Positions 30,397 through 39,463 of a stretch of DNA of 64,000 nucleotides are shown here, one piece after another. The notes beneath the pieces are model-generated. The model had not been told where the DNA came from, searched no databases, and saw only the letters and a program-made list of their open reading frames with translations. The stretch covers positions 49,099-113,098 of the IMG/VR virus record IMGVR_UViG_3300035670_000062. One strand, written 5' to 3'. Both the position numbers and the translations under genes were made by a program. The DNA is from a virus. Each line of letters opens with the position of its first letter. Positions within the stretch are counted from its first letter, which is position 1.

Positions 30397-32347
30397 TTTA
30401 ATTAATCCTATATTAGAATCTAATCAAGAATATACTGTATATTTTGATGTAGACGATACTCTAACTAATTACACTGAAAACTTACTAACAACTAATATTA
30501 AAGATAAAAAAATATTAGAAATAAGACAAATAAAACCATCAGACACAGCATCCAATAAAGAATTTTGGGTAAATGCAAAATGGTATCCTGGTTCAAAAGA
30601 AATGTTTAATTACATAAAATCAAAATTCCCAAACGTAAAAATATTATCTGCAGTACCTGAATTATCAAAACTTAAACAACAAGAAACTGGTAATAAATTC
30701 TATAATGAACCTATAGAAGGTAAATCTGAATGGTTAAATAAAAATGTAGGTAATATTGAAAAGATATGGGTCAAAAATGGAAAAGAAAAAGCAGAATATG
30801 CTTCACCTACATCTATATTAATTGATGATAAATTAGAGAATATAAAACATTTTGAAGATGCTGGTGGAATAGGTATATTGATGGATAATCCTAAAAATGT
30901 AATCAATAAAATAAATACATTATCCAACACATTAAACGAATTAACAAATCGATCTTTACCATATCAGCAAATTATACGAGATAAGTATAGTAGCGTTTTA
31001 GATAAACTGTTTTTAATTCCATATAATGATAATTATGTTGAACTAAATATTATAAAAATAAAACCTGAATTTAGAGATAAAGGATATGCTACTAAAATAT
31101 TAAATGATATTACTAAATGGGCTGATGAAAATAATAAAATATTAACATTAGACCCAAATGAAACTTTTGGATCAAATAAAGATAGGTTAATTGATTTTTA
31201 TAAAAGATTTGGATTTAAATTAAATAATGGTAATGATAAAAAAGCAGATAATGAAATGGTAAGAACACCTCAATTATCATTAAATGAAAATGCTACTTAT
31301 TCTAATAATATAAATTATAAAAATGAAATTAAAGAAATTACTAAATTTTTATTAGATAAAGGAGAAAACATTCAACCATTACCTAAAGTTACATTTAAAA
31401 ACGGAGATAAAACGAATGCTAAGGATTTTATGGGAAAAACAGCATATTATGACCCTAATTCCTCTGAAATTGTGTTATACACCGAGGGTCGCCATCCTAG
31501 AGACATAATAGCTTCATATTTACATGAATTAATCCACCATATACAAAACATAGAAGGTAGATTACATAATATACAAACACAAAATGTCCATGAAGATGAA
31601 TCATTAGAATTACTTGAAAGAGAAGCATATGAAAAAGGAGGTATGTTTTTGAGATCTTATAAAGATAATAAAAGGATAATAGATATACCTAAATTTAATT
31701 ATGAAAAAACAATATATCATGAGTTATATGATACTTTAAATGAAATAACTTTATCTAAAGAAAATGCTGTTGGTATAAATGGAGATTTAGAAGGAGGAGA
31801 TTTTAAAGTAGGAGATATAACTTATGTATATTCTATAAATAACATAATAAATCCTTATAAAGATGAAGGTAAATTTTATAATATTTCTTTTTATCCTGAT
31901 GGAAATATAAATGCTGAACCACTAGAAGGAAAGGAAAATTATATTAAAATTTTATCTACAATATATAAAATTGTAGTTGATTTTGCTGAAAAAGTAAAAC
32001 CTGAATATATAGGAATTGCATCTATGGATAATAACGAAAATAAAAACTACCACAGAATATATGCAAATTTAACAGATAATAAATACAATAGGATACCTGG
32101 GTATTTTAGAAAAGATGTTAGTAAAGAATTTATAACTCCTCAAGGTAAAGGTAGATTTGTAGTATTAAAAAGAAACAAAAATATTGAAGAGGATCTTAAA
32201 AAAAATGAAATTAAATATTGGGCTATTTATTATTCAATATATGAAAAATTAAAAGAAAATATTAATTATTATTCATTTTTAAAAGACAGATTAAAGGGAG
32301 AACAATTAAGCGCATTAGATTATTTTTACAATATTTTAACTAAATAG
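30377..32347 (+). CDS. Multidomain protein: HAD 5'-nucleotidase + GNAT + HExxH metallopeptidase-like + unknown domain
   Basis: FDVDDTL..LIDD (HAD); IKPEFRDKGYAT..LIDFYKRFGF (GNAT); YLHELIHHIQ..EREA (zincin-like). Domains are separated by LNE. Confidence 0.75.
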   Translation: MSSLVNNLINPILESNQEYTVYFDVDDTLTNYTENLLTTNIKDKKILEIRQIKPSDTASNKEFWVNAKWYPGSKEMFNYIKSKFPNVKILSAVPELSKLKQQETGNKFYNEPIEGKSEWLNKNVGNIEKIWVKNGKEKAEYASPTSILIDDKLENIKHFEDAGGIGILMDNPKNVINKINTLSNTLNELTNRSLPYQQIIRDKYSSVLDKLFLIPYNDNYVELNIIKIKPEFRDKGYATKILNDITKWADENNKILTLDPNETFGSNKDRLIDFYKRFGFKLNNGNDKKADNEMVRTPQLSLNENATYSNNINYKNEIKEITKFLLDKGENIQPLPKVTFKNGDKTNAKDFMGKTAYYDPNSSEIVLYTEGRHPRDIIASYLHELIHHIQNIEGRLHNIQTQNVHEDESLELLEREAYEKGGMFLRSYKDNKRIIDIPKFNYEKTIYHELYDTLNEITLSKENAVGINGDLEGGDFKVGDITYVYSINNIINPYKDEGKFYNISFYPDGNINAEPLEGKENYIKILSTIYKIVVDFAEKVKPEYIGIASMDNNENKNYHRIYANLTDNKYNRIPGYFRKDVSKEFITPQGKGRFVVLKRNKNIEEDLKKNEIKYWAIYYSIYEKLKENINYYSFLKDRLKGEQLSALDYFYNILTK

Positions 32348-32349
32348 TT

Positions 32350-32838
32350 ATGTTTAAGAAAAAAAACTTATATAAAATATTCTGTGATTTAGATGGGACT
32401 TTATCTAATTTTGATAAAAGATATAAAGAATTAACGGGCTATTCCCCTACTACATATAGACAAAAATTTGGTAAAACTTCATTTTGGGATGTTATAGACA
32501 AAAAACATAAAGAGCAATTTTGGTCTGAGATGGAATGGCTGGAAGATGGACCTATATTATGGGATTATATTAAAAAATATAACCCAACAATAATAACAGC
32601 TCCATCCCCAGACATATCATCAAAATTTGGTAAAAGAAAATGGTTAGAAAATCATCTACCTAACTCTCCATTTATAATTTGTCCTAGACAAGAAAAACAA
32701 TTATATTCAAAACATAATCACATCCTAATAGACGACCACTCAGAAAATATAAAAGAATGGTCTGCTCAAGGAGGTATAGGTATTTTACATTCTGATGCTA
32801 AATCTACAATAGAACATCTTAAAAAATTAGGTATATGA
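32350..32838 (+). CDS. HAD-family 5'(3')-deoxyribonucleotidase-like protein
   Basis: FCDLDGTL..., K..W, LIDD..N..W...GG.GILH. Confidence 0.85.
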   Translation: MFKKKNLYKIFCDLDGTLSNFDKRYKELTGYSPTTYRQKFGKTSFWDVIDKKHKEQFWSEMEWLEDGPILWDYIKKYNPTIITAPSPDISSKFGKRKWLENHLPNSPFIICPRQEKQLYSKHNHILIDDHSENIKEWSAQGGIGILHSDAKSTIEHLKKLGI

Positions 32839-32867
32839 AATTGTTAAAAATATTATTAGAATTATGA
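32835..32867 (+). CDS. Possible 10-aa minigene MKLLKILLEL
   Basis: ATGA overlaps with both neighbours; spans the intergenic gap exactly. Confidence 0.4.
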   Translation: MKLLKILLEL

Positions 32868-33436
32868 GTAAAGAAAACGTATTAAAAAAAGAATTTCAAC
32901 CTAAAGATGTAGAACGTTTAAGGAATATATTAAAGGGAAAAGCAGGTGAAAAAACAACACAAAGTATAGGATATGAAATATCAAAAGAAGAACATAAAGA
33001 TGGAGATATATGGATTGAAAATGGGAAGAAATGGACAATAAAAGATGGTATTAAACAAAATATAACTAAATTAGATTTAGCTAAAAAATATGGAGTTCCA
33101 TTATTTTGCCCAAGTTGTAATAATATAATGAATAAACAATTAGATTCTCATTATTTTAGTTCATTTGGATGTTGTATGGAATGTAATATGAAAAAAGAAA
33201 CTGAATTAAAATTGAATGGAGATTGGGAATCTCATAATAAAGAAATCCATAATAAAGAGATTGACATAATGATAGAAAATTATAAAGCATATATGGAGGA
33301 TGCTTTAAATGAATCTAATAATAGTTTTATAGCTGAAAATGGAGATGTTGAAAGATGGGTGGGAGGTATTAATAAAGAAAGAGCACTAAATTCCTTAGAA
33401 GAAGGTATTTTATATCTTAAATCATTAAAAAGATAA
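32864..33436 (+). CDS. Hypothetical protein with a CxxC...CxxC zinc finger
   Basis: CPSC and CMEC. Confidence 0.7.
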   Translation: MSKENVLKKEFQPKDVERLRNILKGKAGEKTTQSIGYEISKEEHKDGDIWIENGKKWTIKDGIKQNITKLDLAKKYGVPLFCPSCNNIMNKQLDSHYFSSFGCCMECNMKKETELKLNGDWESHNKEIHNKEIDIMIENYKAYMEDALNESNNSFIAENGDVERWVGGINKERALNSLEEGILYLKSLKR

Positions 33437-33468
33437 TTTGATGTATTTATAATAAAAATCAATATATC

Positions 33469-33768
33469 ATGGGTGACCCTACAATAATAATTACCGCAAT
33501 TACTGCTATTCTTACTTCTTTAGGTATAAAAGAAATTTGGAATATAATCAAAACAAGAAATGATTATAAAAATCAAAAAGAAAAACATGATGAATATACT
33601 AAAGACTCTCTCACAGCTAAAATAATAACAGAACTAAGAGATAAAATAATAGAACTTGAAGAAAAAATTGATTCATTAATTCAAGAAAATATTTCATTAA
33701 AAGAAAAATTAGCTAGAATGGAAGAACGATTCTTATTTTCACCTAAAAAGAAATCCAATAAACCATAA
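33469..33768 (+). CDS. Membrane-anchored coiled-coil protein (possible lysis accessory)
   Basis: N-terminal hydrophobic helix plus coiled coil; TATTTATA at 33444. Confidence 0.55.
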   Translation: MGDPTIIITAITAILTSLGIKEIWNIIKTRNDYKNQKEKHDEYTKDSLTAKIITELRDKIIELEEKIDSLIQENISLKEKLARMEERFLFSPKKKSNKP

Positions 33769-33800
33769 ATACAATATATTTATACTAAAATTAAAATAAA

Positions 33801-34190
33801 ATGAGTGATAACTTTAACCTACAGAAATTCTTAAAAAAGAATACTCTACTAACAGAAAATAAAAACATCCCTTCATCATCTCAATTGAAAGAAGATATAC
33901 TAAGAAAACATCTTAGAGAAGAAATTCAATCTATTATGAGAGAAGAAAGTGATTTATATGAAGCTGAAGAAGATACAGAAGAATTAGATAATGAATTAGA
34001 TAATATACTTGATGATGAAGAATCAATAGATGGTGAAGTAAACCCAGATGTATCTGAATTACAAGATTTATTAACACAAGCTCAAGCAAAAGCTGAAGCT
34101 ATTGGAGATAAAAAATTAATAGACCAAATAGGAAATACAATTACTTTCTTTACTAGAGCTCATGTAGTAAAATCTGATGGAACAAGATAA
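33801..34190 (+). CDS. Acidic hypothetical protein with a MSDNFNLQKFL..N.LLTE leader
   Basis: Leader is shared with the next ORF. Confidence 0.7.
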   Translation: MSDNFNLQKFLKKNTLLTENKNIPSSSQLKEDILRKHLREEIQSIMREESDLYEAEEDTEELDNELDNILDDEESIDGEVNPDVSELQDLLTQAQAKAEAIGDKKLIDQIGNTITFFTRAHVVKSDGTR

Positions 34191-34798
34191 TGGAAAATTT
34201 TGATTTAATTAAATACTTAAATAATAACTTATTATTAGAGTCTGAAGATTCAATAGTAGATAAAGTTGTTGATGAAATAGATGATGAAATGGATTTAATT
34301 TTAAAATCTATTGAATCTGAATTAAAAAAGAAATCAACAGAAGATAACTTGAATGAAGGTTTTATGACTATTGTTGGTGTAGGTTTAGCTTTACCTGCTA
34401 TATTAGGTATAGTAGCTAAAATAGGTAAAAAAGCAGGGCAAGTTATTAGTAAGATGGTAGGTAAAAAACCAACAGATAAAGATGAAGTTGATAAATGGTT
34501 TAATAGATTATCAAAAATAGCAGATGAATTACATCATTTATATATGGTTCCTTTAGAATCATTAATGAGTAAATTCATTAAAGATAAGAAAAAAGCAAAA
34601 AAAGCAGCTCATCTATTGTTTCATGTAATAATAGCAATATTCCTTATATCAGCAGGTACTACTGCAGTAAAAGCATTTCAAGCAAAAAACATAAGTTTAA
34701 CAACATTAGAAGGAGTATTAACTGCTATTAAAAGTGGTGAATTAACTACATTTATAGGAAATGCATTAGAAATAGCATCTGAATCTCCTATAGATTAA
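34190..34798 (+). CDS. Hypothetical protein with a MENFDLIKYL..N.LLLE leader and hydrophobic helices
   Basis: Leader, then an internal LNE followed by a Gly/Ala-rich hydrophobic helix. Confidence 0.7.
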   Translation: MENFDLIKYLNNNLLLESEDSIVDKVVDEIDDEMDLILKSIESELKKKSTEDNLNEGFMTIVGVGLALPAILGIVAKIGKKAGQVISKMVGKKPTDKDEVDKWFNRLSKIADELHHLYMVPLESLMSKFIKDKKKAKKAAHLLFHVIIAIFLISAGTTAVKAFQAKNISLTTLEGVLTAIKSGELTTFIGNALEIASESPID

Positions 34799-34828
34799 AT
34801 AAACAAATAAATAAAAATAAATATAAAC

Positions 34829-34996
34829 ATGAACACAACAGAAGTTTTAGAAAAAATCAAATCATTAGTTGCTGAAATTGAAGTAGAACATTCAAAAACA
34901 ACTAAAAAATCAAAAGCAGTAACAAGAAAATTAATGCAAGAATTAAAACAAACTGCCTCTGAATTTAGAAAATTATCAATCGCTGAATCTAAATAG
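34829..34996 (+). CDS. Histone H1-like (Hc1-type) small basic protein, 55 aa
   Basis: Translated by hand as MNTTEVLEKIKSLVAEIEVEHSKTTKKSKAVTRKLMQELKQTASEFRKLSIAESK; resembles the Bacteroidota 'histone H1' pattern ..RK...EL.....EFRK.S. Confidence 0.65.
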   Translation: MNTTEVLEKIKSLVAEIEVEHSKTTKKSKAVTRKLMQELKQTASEFRKLSIAESK

Positions 34997-35535
34997 TGAA
35001 AAAACAAATTGAAGAAATATTATCCCCAAAAGTAGTAAAGAAAGCCGAGGAATTCAAAGCTCAAATTATTAACAATAATGGGGATAAAATTTTTCAAAAA
35101 TATGGAAATGAAGCTGAAAACATAATTCAAGGTAGAGCCATAAATTTAGCAAAAAAACATTTTGAAGAAATGAAAAACACAAAATTAACAGAGTTAATAA
35201 AACAATCCTTATTAAAGTCATCTATAACTGAACAAGATGTAGAAGTTGGAGCTGATAGATATGAAGAAGAAAATGAATTGAAAGAAGTTTCTAATTTATT
35301 GGACCAATTAGAAGAATTATTGAAAGTTCATGATTGGAATTATGAATATTATGATGATTATAAAAAATGGAAAGTTGGTGCTAATAGTTGGGCCCAAATA
35401 ACAAGAATAGCAAATAGAATTGAATCTAAAGGAGACAAATATAAAAAAGATGTAAATGATTTGATTAAACAATATGAACCTAAGTTAAATGAAAATTTAA
35501 CAGAAAATATATTTAAAATATTAAGAAAAAAATGA
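34996..35535 (+). CDS. Hypothetical protein
   Basis: GTG start; internal leader-like MKNTKLTELIKQSLL..ITE. Confidence 0.65.
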   Translation: MKKQIEEILSPKVVKKAEEFKAQIINNNGDKIFQKYGNEAENIIQGRAINLAKKHFEEMKNTKLTELIKQSLLKSSITEQDVEVGADRYEEENELKEVSNLLDQLEELLKVHDWNYEYYDDYKKWKVGANSWAQITRIANRIESKGDKYKKDVNDLIKQYEPKLNENLTENIFKILRKK

Positions 35536-35987
35536 ACAAAGAACAACTAAGAGATAAAATTAGAAAATTAGCCCTTAGTCTAAATTCAAAACCATCTCCA
35601 TCACTCCCATCAGTTCAAGAATATGATGAATTAACTAAATTTGATGAACTTAAACAAGTAATCATTAATTTACTTTCAACTGAATATAAACCTTTCGTAG
35701 CATCTATAGACTGGGTCTCTCCCAAACCATCAACATTCAGAATAAACTTAAAAAACGACCAAAATTTCTACTTAACTTACACTGAAAGAAGTTGGATAGC
35801 TCAAATAGAAGGAAAAAAATACTATTTATTAAATTTAACTGAAGAACAAAATGCTTCAAATGCCTTAGCAAGAATACTAAGATACAATGCAGATATTTCT
35901 AAAGAAAATGATACAATAGAAAATGAAGAAACAGATATAATAGATAATATTACATCTTCAGAACCAGAACCAGAAGAAACAGAATAA
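35532..35987 (+). CDS. Hypothetical protein
   Basis: 151-aa coupled ORF. Confidence 0.7.
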   Translation: MNKEQLRDKIRKLALSLNSKPSPSLPSVQEYDELTKFDELKQVIINLLSTEYKPFVASIDWVSPKPSTFRINLKNDQNFYLTYTERSWIAQIEGKKYYLLNLTEEQNASNALARILRYNADISKENDTIENEETDIIDNITSSEPEPEETE

Positions 35988-37123
35988 TGGATATAATAGA
36001 ACAATTTTTAAATAAAATTTCATATAAATTTGAAAAAGGATATCCTGACATGAATAATGAACAGGATATTTTACTTTTAGAAAATGAATTAATGAAAGTG
36101 GGAATCAATATAAAAGAATCAAAAAAACCCTTTGAATCTTTATCTCCTAAAGCACAAGAGATAGGTAAAGAAATAATGGATTTACTGTCTATACCTATTG
36201 AGCAAATCAAAAGCCAAACATCTAATCGAATTATAGTTTTAACCGATGAAAATCGCCTTAAAATAATGACTAAATTGGTAGATAATGGATTTACTAGAAA
36301 TGTTAATATACCAGGTTCGTCCCAAGGTGGAGTTGAAAAAAACGGAGTAGAAGTTATAATTAAACCTTTATCTAAACAAGGATCTCAATCAGCGGGTAAA
36401 CAAAATGAAACAGATTTTAATAATATAATTAACTCTCATATAAATGAATATGGAAGTCCTATAAATGTATTATTAAAAAGTGATAAAAAAACATTATTAT
36501 ATAAAAATGTAGCTAAAGCAGTAGATGCTTCTACAAAAGGAGCTACGGATTTTGATAAATCTGATACTGATTTGATTGATGAAAATGGAAAAATAATTGT
36601 TGGTATTTCATTAAAAAAAAGAAATGCCATAAGATGGGAAAGTTCAAAAACTAGACCTTTAGATGGTGTAAATGTATTTAAATCTTTTATAGAAAAAGCA
36701 TTACAAGGTAAGTTTGAAAATATATCTTTACTTCCTCTAGAACAAAAGAATAAATATAAATTATATAATCCCATTAAAAATAAAATTTTATCTAAAGTTA
36801 TAATCAAGAATACCCCATCAGACATTCTTGATAAAATAGTATTTGGTAATACTAGTACTGAAACTATAGTAGTGAAGGAGACATTTGAAGGAGGATTTAA
36901 CGATTATAATTTCAATAATGGAGTTTTAACAATAAATTGCTATTTAATTTACACTGAAATAGAAGATATAATAGGAACAGATGATGAACCTGTATTTGCT
37001 TTTTCAAACCACATAGGACAAGCATATGGTATTGAATTTAGAAGTTTCAGTAAAGGATTATTATATAGTGGAGATGAAACAAAGGGTTCAAGTGAAGAAA
37101 TAGATTTTAATGATTTAAAATAA
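35987..37123 (+). CDS. Putative PD-(D/E)XK restriction-like endonuclease with a distinct N-terminal segment
   Basis: AGKQNE...KSDTDL...GISLKK catalytic-like pattern; the first ~44 aa end in IKE. Confidence 0.5.
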   Translation: MDIIEQFLNKISYKFEKGYPDMNNEQDILLLENELMKVGINIKESKKPFESLSPKAQEIGKEIMDLLSIPIEQIKSQTSNRIIVLTDENRLKIMTKLVDNGFTRNVNIPGSSQGGVEKNGVEVIIKPLSKQGSQSAGKQNETDFNNIINSHINEYGSPINVLLKSDKKTLLYKNVAKAVDASTKGATDFDKSDTDLIDENGKIIVGISLKKRNAIRWESSKTRPLDGVNVFKSFIEKALQGKFENISLLPLEQKNKYKLYNPIKNKILSKVIIKNTPSDILDKIVFGNTSTETIVVKETFEGGFNDYNFNNGVLTINCYLIYTEIEDIIGTDDEPVFAFSNHIGQAYGIEFRSFSKGLLYSGDETKGSSEEIDFNDLK

Positions 37124-37133
37124 TATATTAATT

Positions 37134-37976
37134 ATGAATCTTAAAAATTTACAACAACTCATAAAAGAAGTTCTTTTTGAAGAAAAAACAAAACGGGATA
37201 GATGTCTTCGTATAGCAGACAAAAAATTTGATAAACCATCAGCTTATAAATCAGGAGCAGTAGTTAGATGTAGAAAAGGTGATATTTGGAAAGGATTAAA
37301 AGAAGCCAAAGAATTAAACGTCCAAGATATAGCATACCAACAAACACCAGGCTTATTAGAAAAAGGGATTAAATATGAATTAGCTCATTTTAGGGGATTT
37401 ATGAAATCCTTTTATAAATGGAGTGGTCCAAAAGATAGAAATGATTTTTTTGATTTTATAGAAAATGTAAAAGGAGAAATAAAACGAGTTCCTTTATCAT
37501 CTATAAAACCTTCCCAACTTGATAAAGACTACAAAAACCCATCTTCAGAATACGAAGCAGAAGAATTTCAAAAAATATTATCAGATGAAAAGGATGCTAA
37601 AGACCATAGAATGGCAGATTTTTATCCTATATTAGTTAATAAAAGAGATAATAAAATAATAGATGGTAATCATAGACATTATGCATTATCTGCTATAAAT
37701 TCACCATATGCTGTAGTATTGCATGTAGATGTACCTAAACAATATTTAAATGAAGATGAATCACTTCATAAATGGTTTAAACGCTCAGGCACACCAGGTA
37801 AAGAGGGTGGTTGGGTTGATTGTAATGCTCCAATTCGTAAAGATGGTGAAATAACAGGATATAAATCATGTGGTAGAAAAGAAGACGAGAAACGTGCAAA
37901 ATATCCTTCATGTCGTCCTACACCATCTCAATGTAAAACACCTGGTAAAGGTACTAAATGGGGTAAAACAAAATAA
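37134..37976 (+). CDS. Multidomain protein with a central ParB/Srx-like domain
   Basis: PILV..KIIDGNHR..AL. Flanking small Cys/basic modules are delimited by LFE, LKE and LNE. Confidence 0.65.
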   Translation: MNLKNLQQLIKEVLFEEKTKRDRCLRIADKKFDKPSAYKSGAVVRCRKGDIWKGLKEAKELNVQDIAYQQTPGLLEKGIKYELAHFRGFMKSFYKWSGPKDRNDFFDFIENVKGEIKRVPLSSIKPSQLDKDYKNPSSEYEAEEFQKILSDEKDAKDHRMADFYPILVNKRDNKIIDGNHRHYALSAINSPYAVVLHVDVPKQYLNEDESLHKWFKRSGTPGKEGGWVDCNAPIRKDGEITGYKSCGRKEDEKRAKYPSCRPTPSQCKTPGKGTKWGKTK

Positions 37977-38597
37977 TATATTTACAATAAAAATATGAAA
38001 AAATCTGAATTAAGACAAATTATTAAGGAGGAAATTATAAGAGAGTTATTTGATACAAAAGAAAAAATCAGATGGCGTGAGGGTGAAGATTCAGATTTCA
38101 CTGCTACCTTTACTGGTCCTAACGATCAGAAATACGTAATAGACATTACTTCCTTAGAATGGTTAACATTACCTAATAGTGCTACTATTACTGCAAGTAA
38201 ACTTTTACCTGACGCAGCTATTGAAATGTGGGAAGACGGTCAAGGATATCATGTTGAATTTAGAGATGTTAAGAAAGGTAAAGGTATTACTGGGTTAGGT
38301 GGTACTGATACAGCAAAAATCTTCGGTATTGTTATTAATGCGTTAGTTGATAAAATGAAACGTGAAAAGGCTGAGCTTGTATTCTTTTCAGCCAAAGAGC
38401 CTTCTAGAAAAGAGTTGTATAAAAAAATAGCACCACTTATAGCAACTAAGTTAGGAATGAAGCAAGTTAATAATGGTACCTATTATTTTTTATATCTTTA
38501 AATTATGAGAAAATACATAAAAATAAGAGTGGATGTAGAGGACCTCTATGTAAAACACCTGGTAAAGGTAAAAAAATGAGGTAAAATAAAATAATAT
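37931..38597 (+). repeat. ~50-bp imperfect direct repeat (37931-37979 / 38548-38597) flanking a leader-gene cassette
   Basis: ATGTAAAACACCTGGTAAAGGTA is identical for 23 bp, then ..AAATG.GGTAAAA.AAAATAATAT. Confidence 0.9.
37995..38501 (+). CDS. Leader-bearing hypothetical protein (MKKSELRQIIKEEIIRE)
   Basis: Shared leader; flanked by direct repeats. Confidence 0.8.
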   Translation: MKKSELRQIIKEEIIRELFDTKEKIRWREGEDSDFTATFTGPNDQKYVIDITSLEWLTLPNSATITASKLLPDAAIEMWEDGQGYHVEFRDVKKGKGITGLGGTDTAKIFGIVINALVDKMKREKAELVFFSAKEPSRKELYKKIAPLIATKLGMKQVNNGTYYFLYL

Positions 38598-39216
38598 GTT
38601 AAACGAAAATATTCCAAGTTTCAAAGCCTTAGTTCGTAAATCATACTTTACCAAAAACCACAAAGATTCAGATGAGTTCTATAATGTATATGTTTTTGGC
38701 ATTCAATCATATACTGGAACTATATTAACATTTCATGTTATGACAGATCATGGAATGGTCCGTTCTAGAGTACCCATTTCAGAAATTTACACAAAAATTC
38801 CTACAAACAATATACCATTTAATTTTAAACAATTGTGGGATTGTTTTAGTGAAAATGTAGCTATTATAAAATATGATTTTTTAGTATATCATAGAGCACA
38901 AATTGTGTTAAGAGACGGAAGTAAAGTTTGGGGGACATATATGTTTACTGTAGATTGGTATAATAACCCATACAGTGACGAACCTACTGATTATAAATGT
39001 GGTCATATATTTGAATCAGATGAAGGTTACTTATTATGTATGCCTAACAATAGAATATTTTGGAAAGACAGCAATTGGGTTACTAAAAAATTACCAATAG
39101 ATTTAAAACAATTTAAAGTAGACACTGAATTATCTTCTGTAGAAAATCAATCTGACAAATGGATAACTGAAGATGGAAATTCATTTTATTATGACATGAA
39201 TGAAACCATACATTAA
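38596..39216 (+). CDS. Conserved phage hypothetical protein
   Basis: 206 aa with QLWDCFS, YMFTVDW and PNNRI motifs. Confidence 0.7.
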   Translation: MLNENIPSFKALVRKSYFTKNHKDSDEFYNVYVFGIQSYTGTILTFHVMTDHGMVRSRVPISEIYTKIPTNNIPFNFKQLWDCFSENVAIIKYDFLVYHRAQIVLRDGSKVWGTYMFTVDWYNNPYSDEPTDYKCGHIFESDEGYLLCMPNNRIFWKDSNWVTKKLPIDLKQFKVDTELSSVENQSDKWITEDGNSFYYDMNETIH

Positions 39217-39463
39217 TATTTCAACCACCTCAACTCATACAATACGTGAGTTTAATGAAAATATAGACTCTACCGAACTTCTTTGGCATCGGGATTTAAA
39301 AGACCGTAAAGTAACAATATTAGAGGGTAATGGTTGGTATTTTCAAAGAGACAATGAACTTCCTTTGGAATTAAAAGAAGGAGTTAGTATATTTATACCA
39401 AAATTAGAATGGCATAGAGTGATTAAAGGAAACACTACATTAAAAATAAAAATAGAAGAATGA
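39200..39463 (+). CDS. Cupin-fold small protein
   Basis: WHRD...V.ILEG.GW...IFIPK.EWHRVIKG. Confidence 0.65.
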   Translation: MKPYINISTTSTHTIREFNENIDSTELLWHRDLKDRKVTILEGNGWYFQRDNELPLELKEGVSIFIPKLEWHRVIKGNTTLKIKIEE

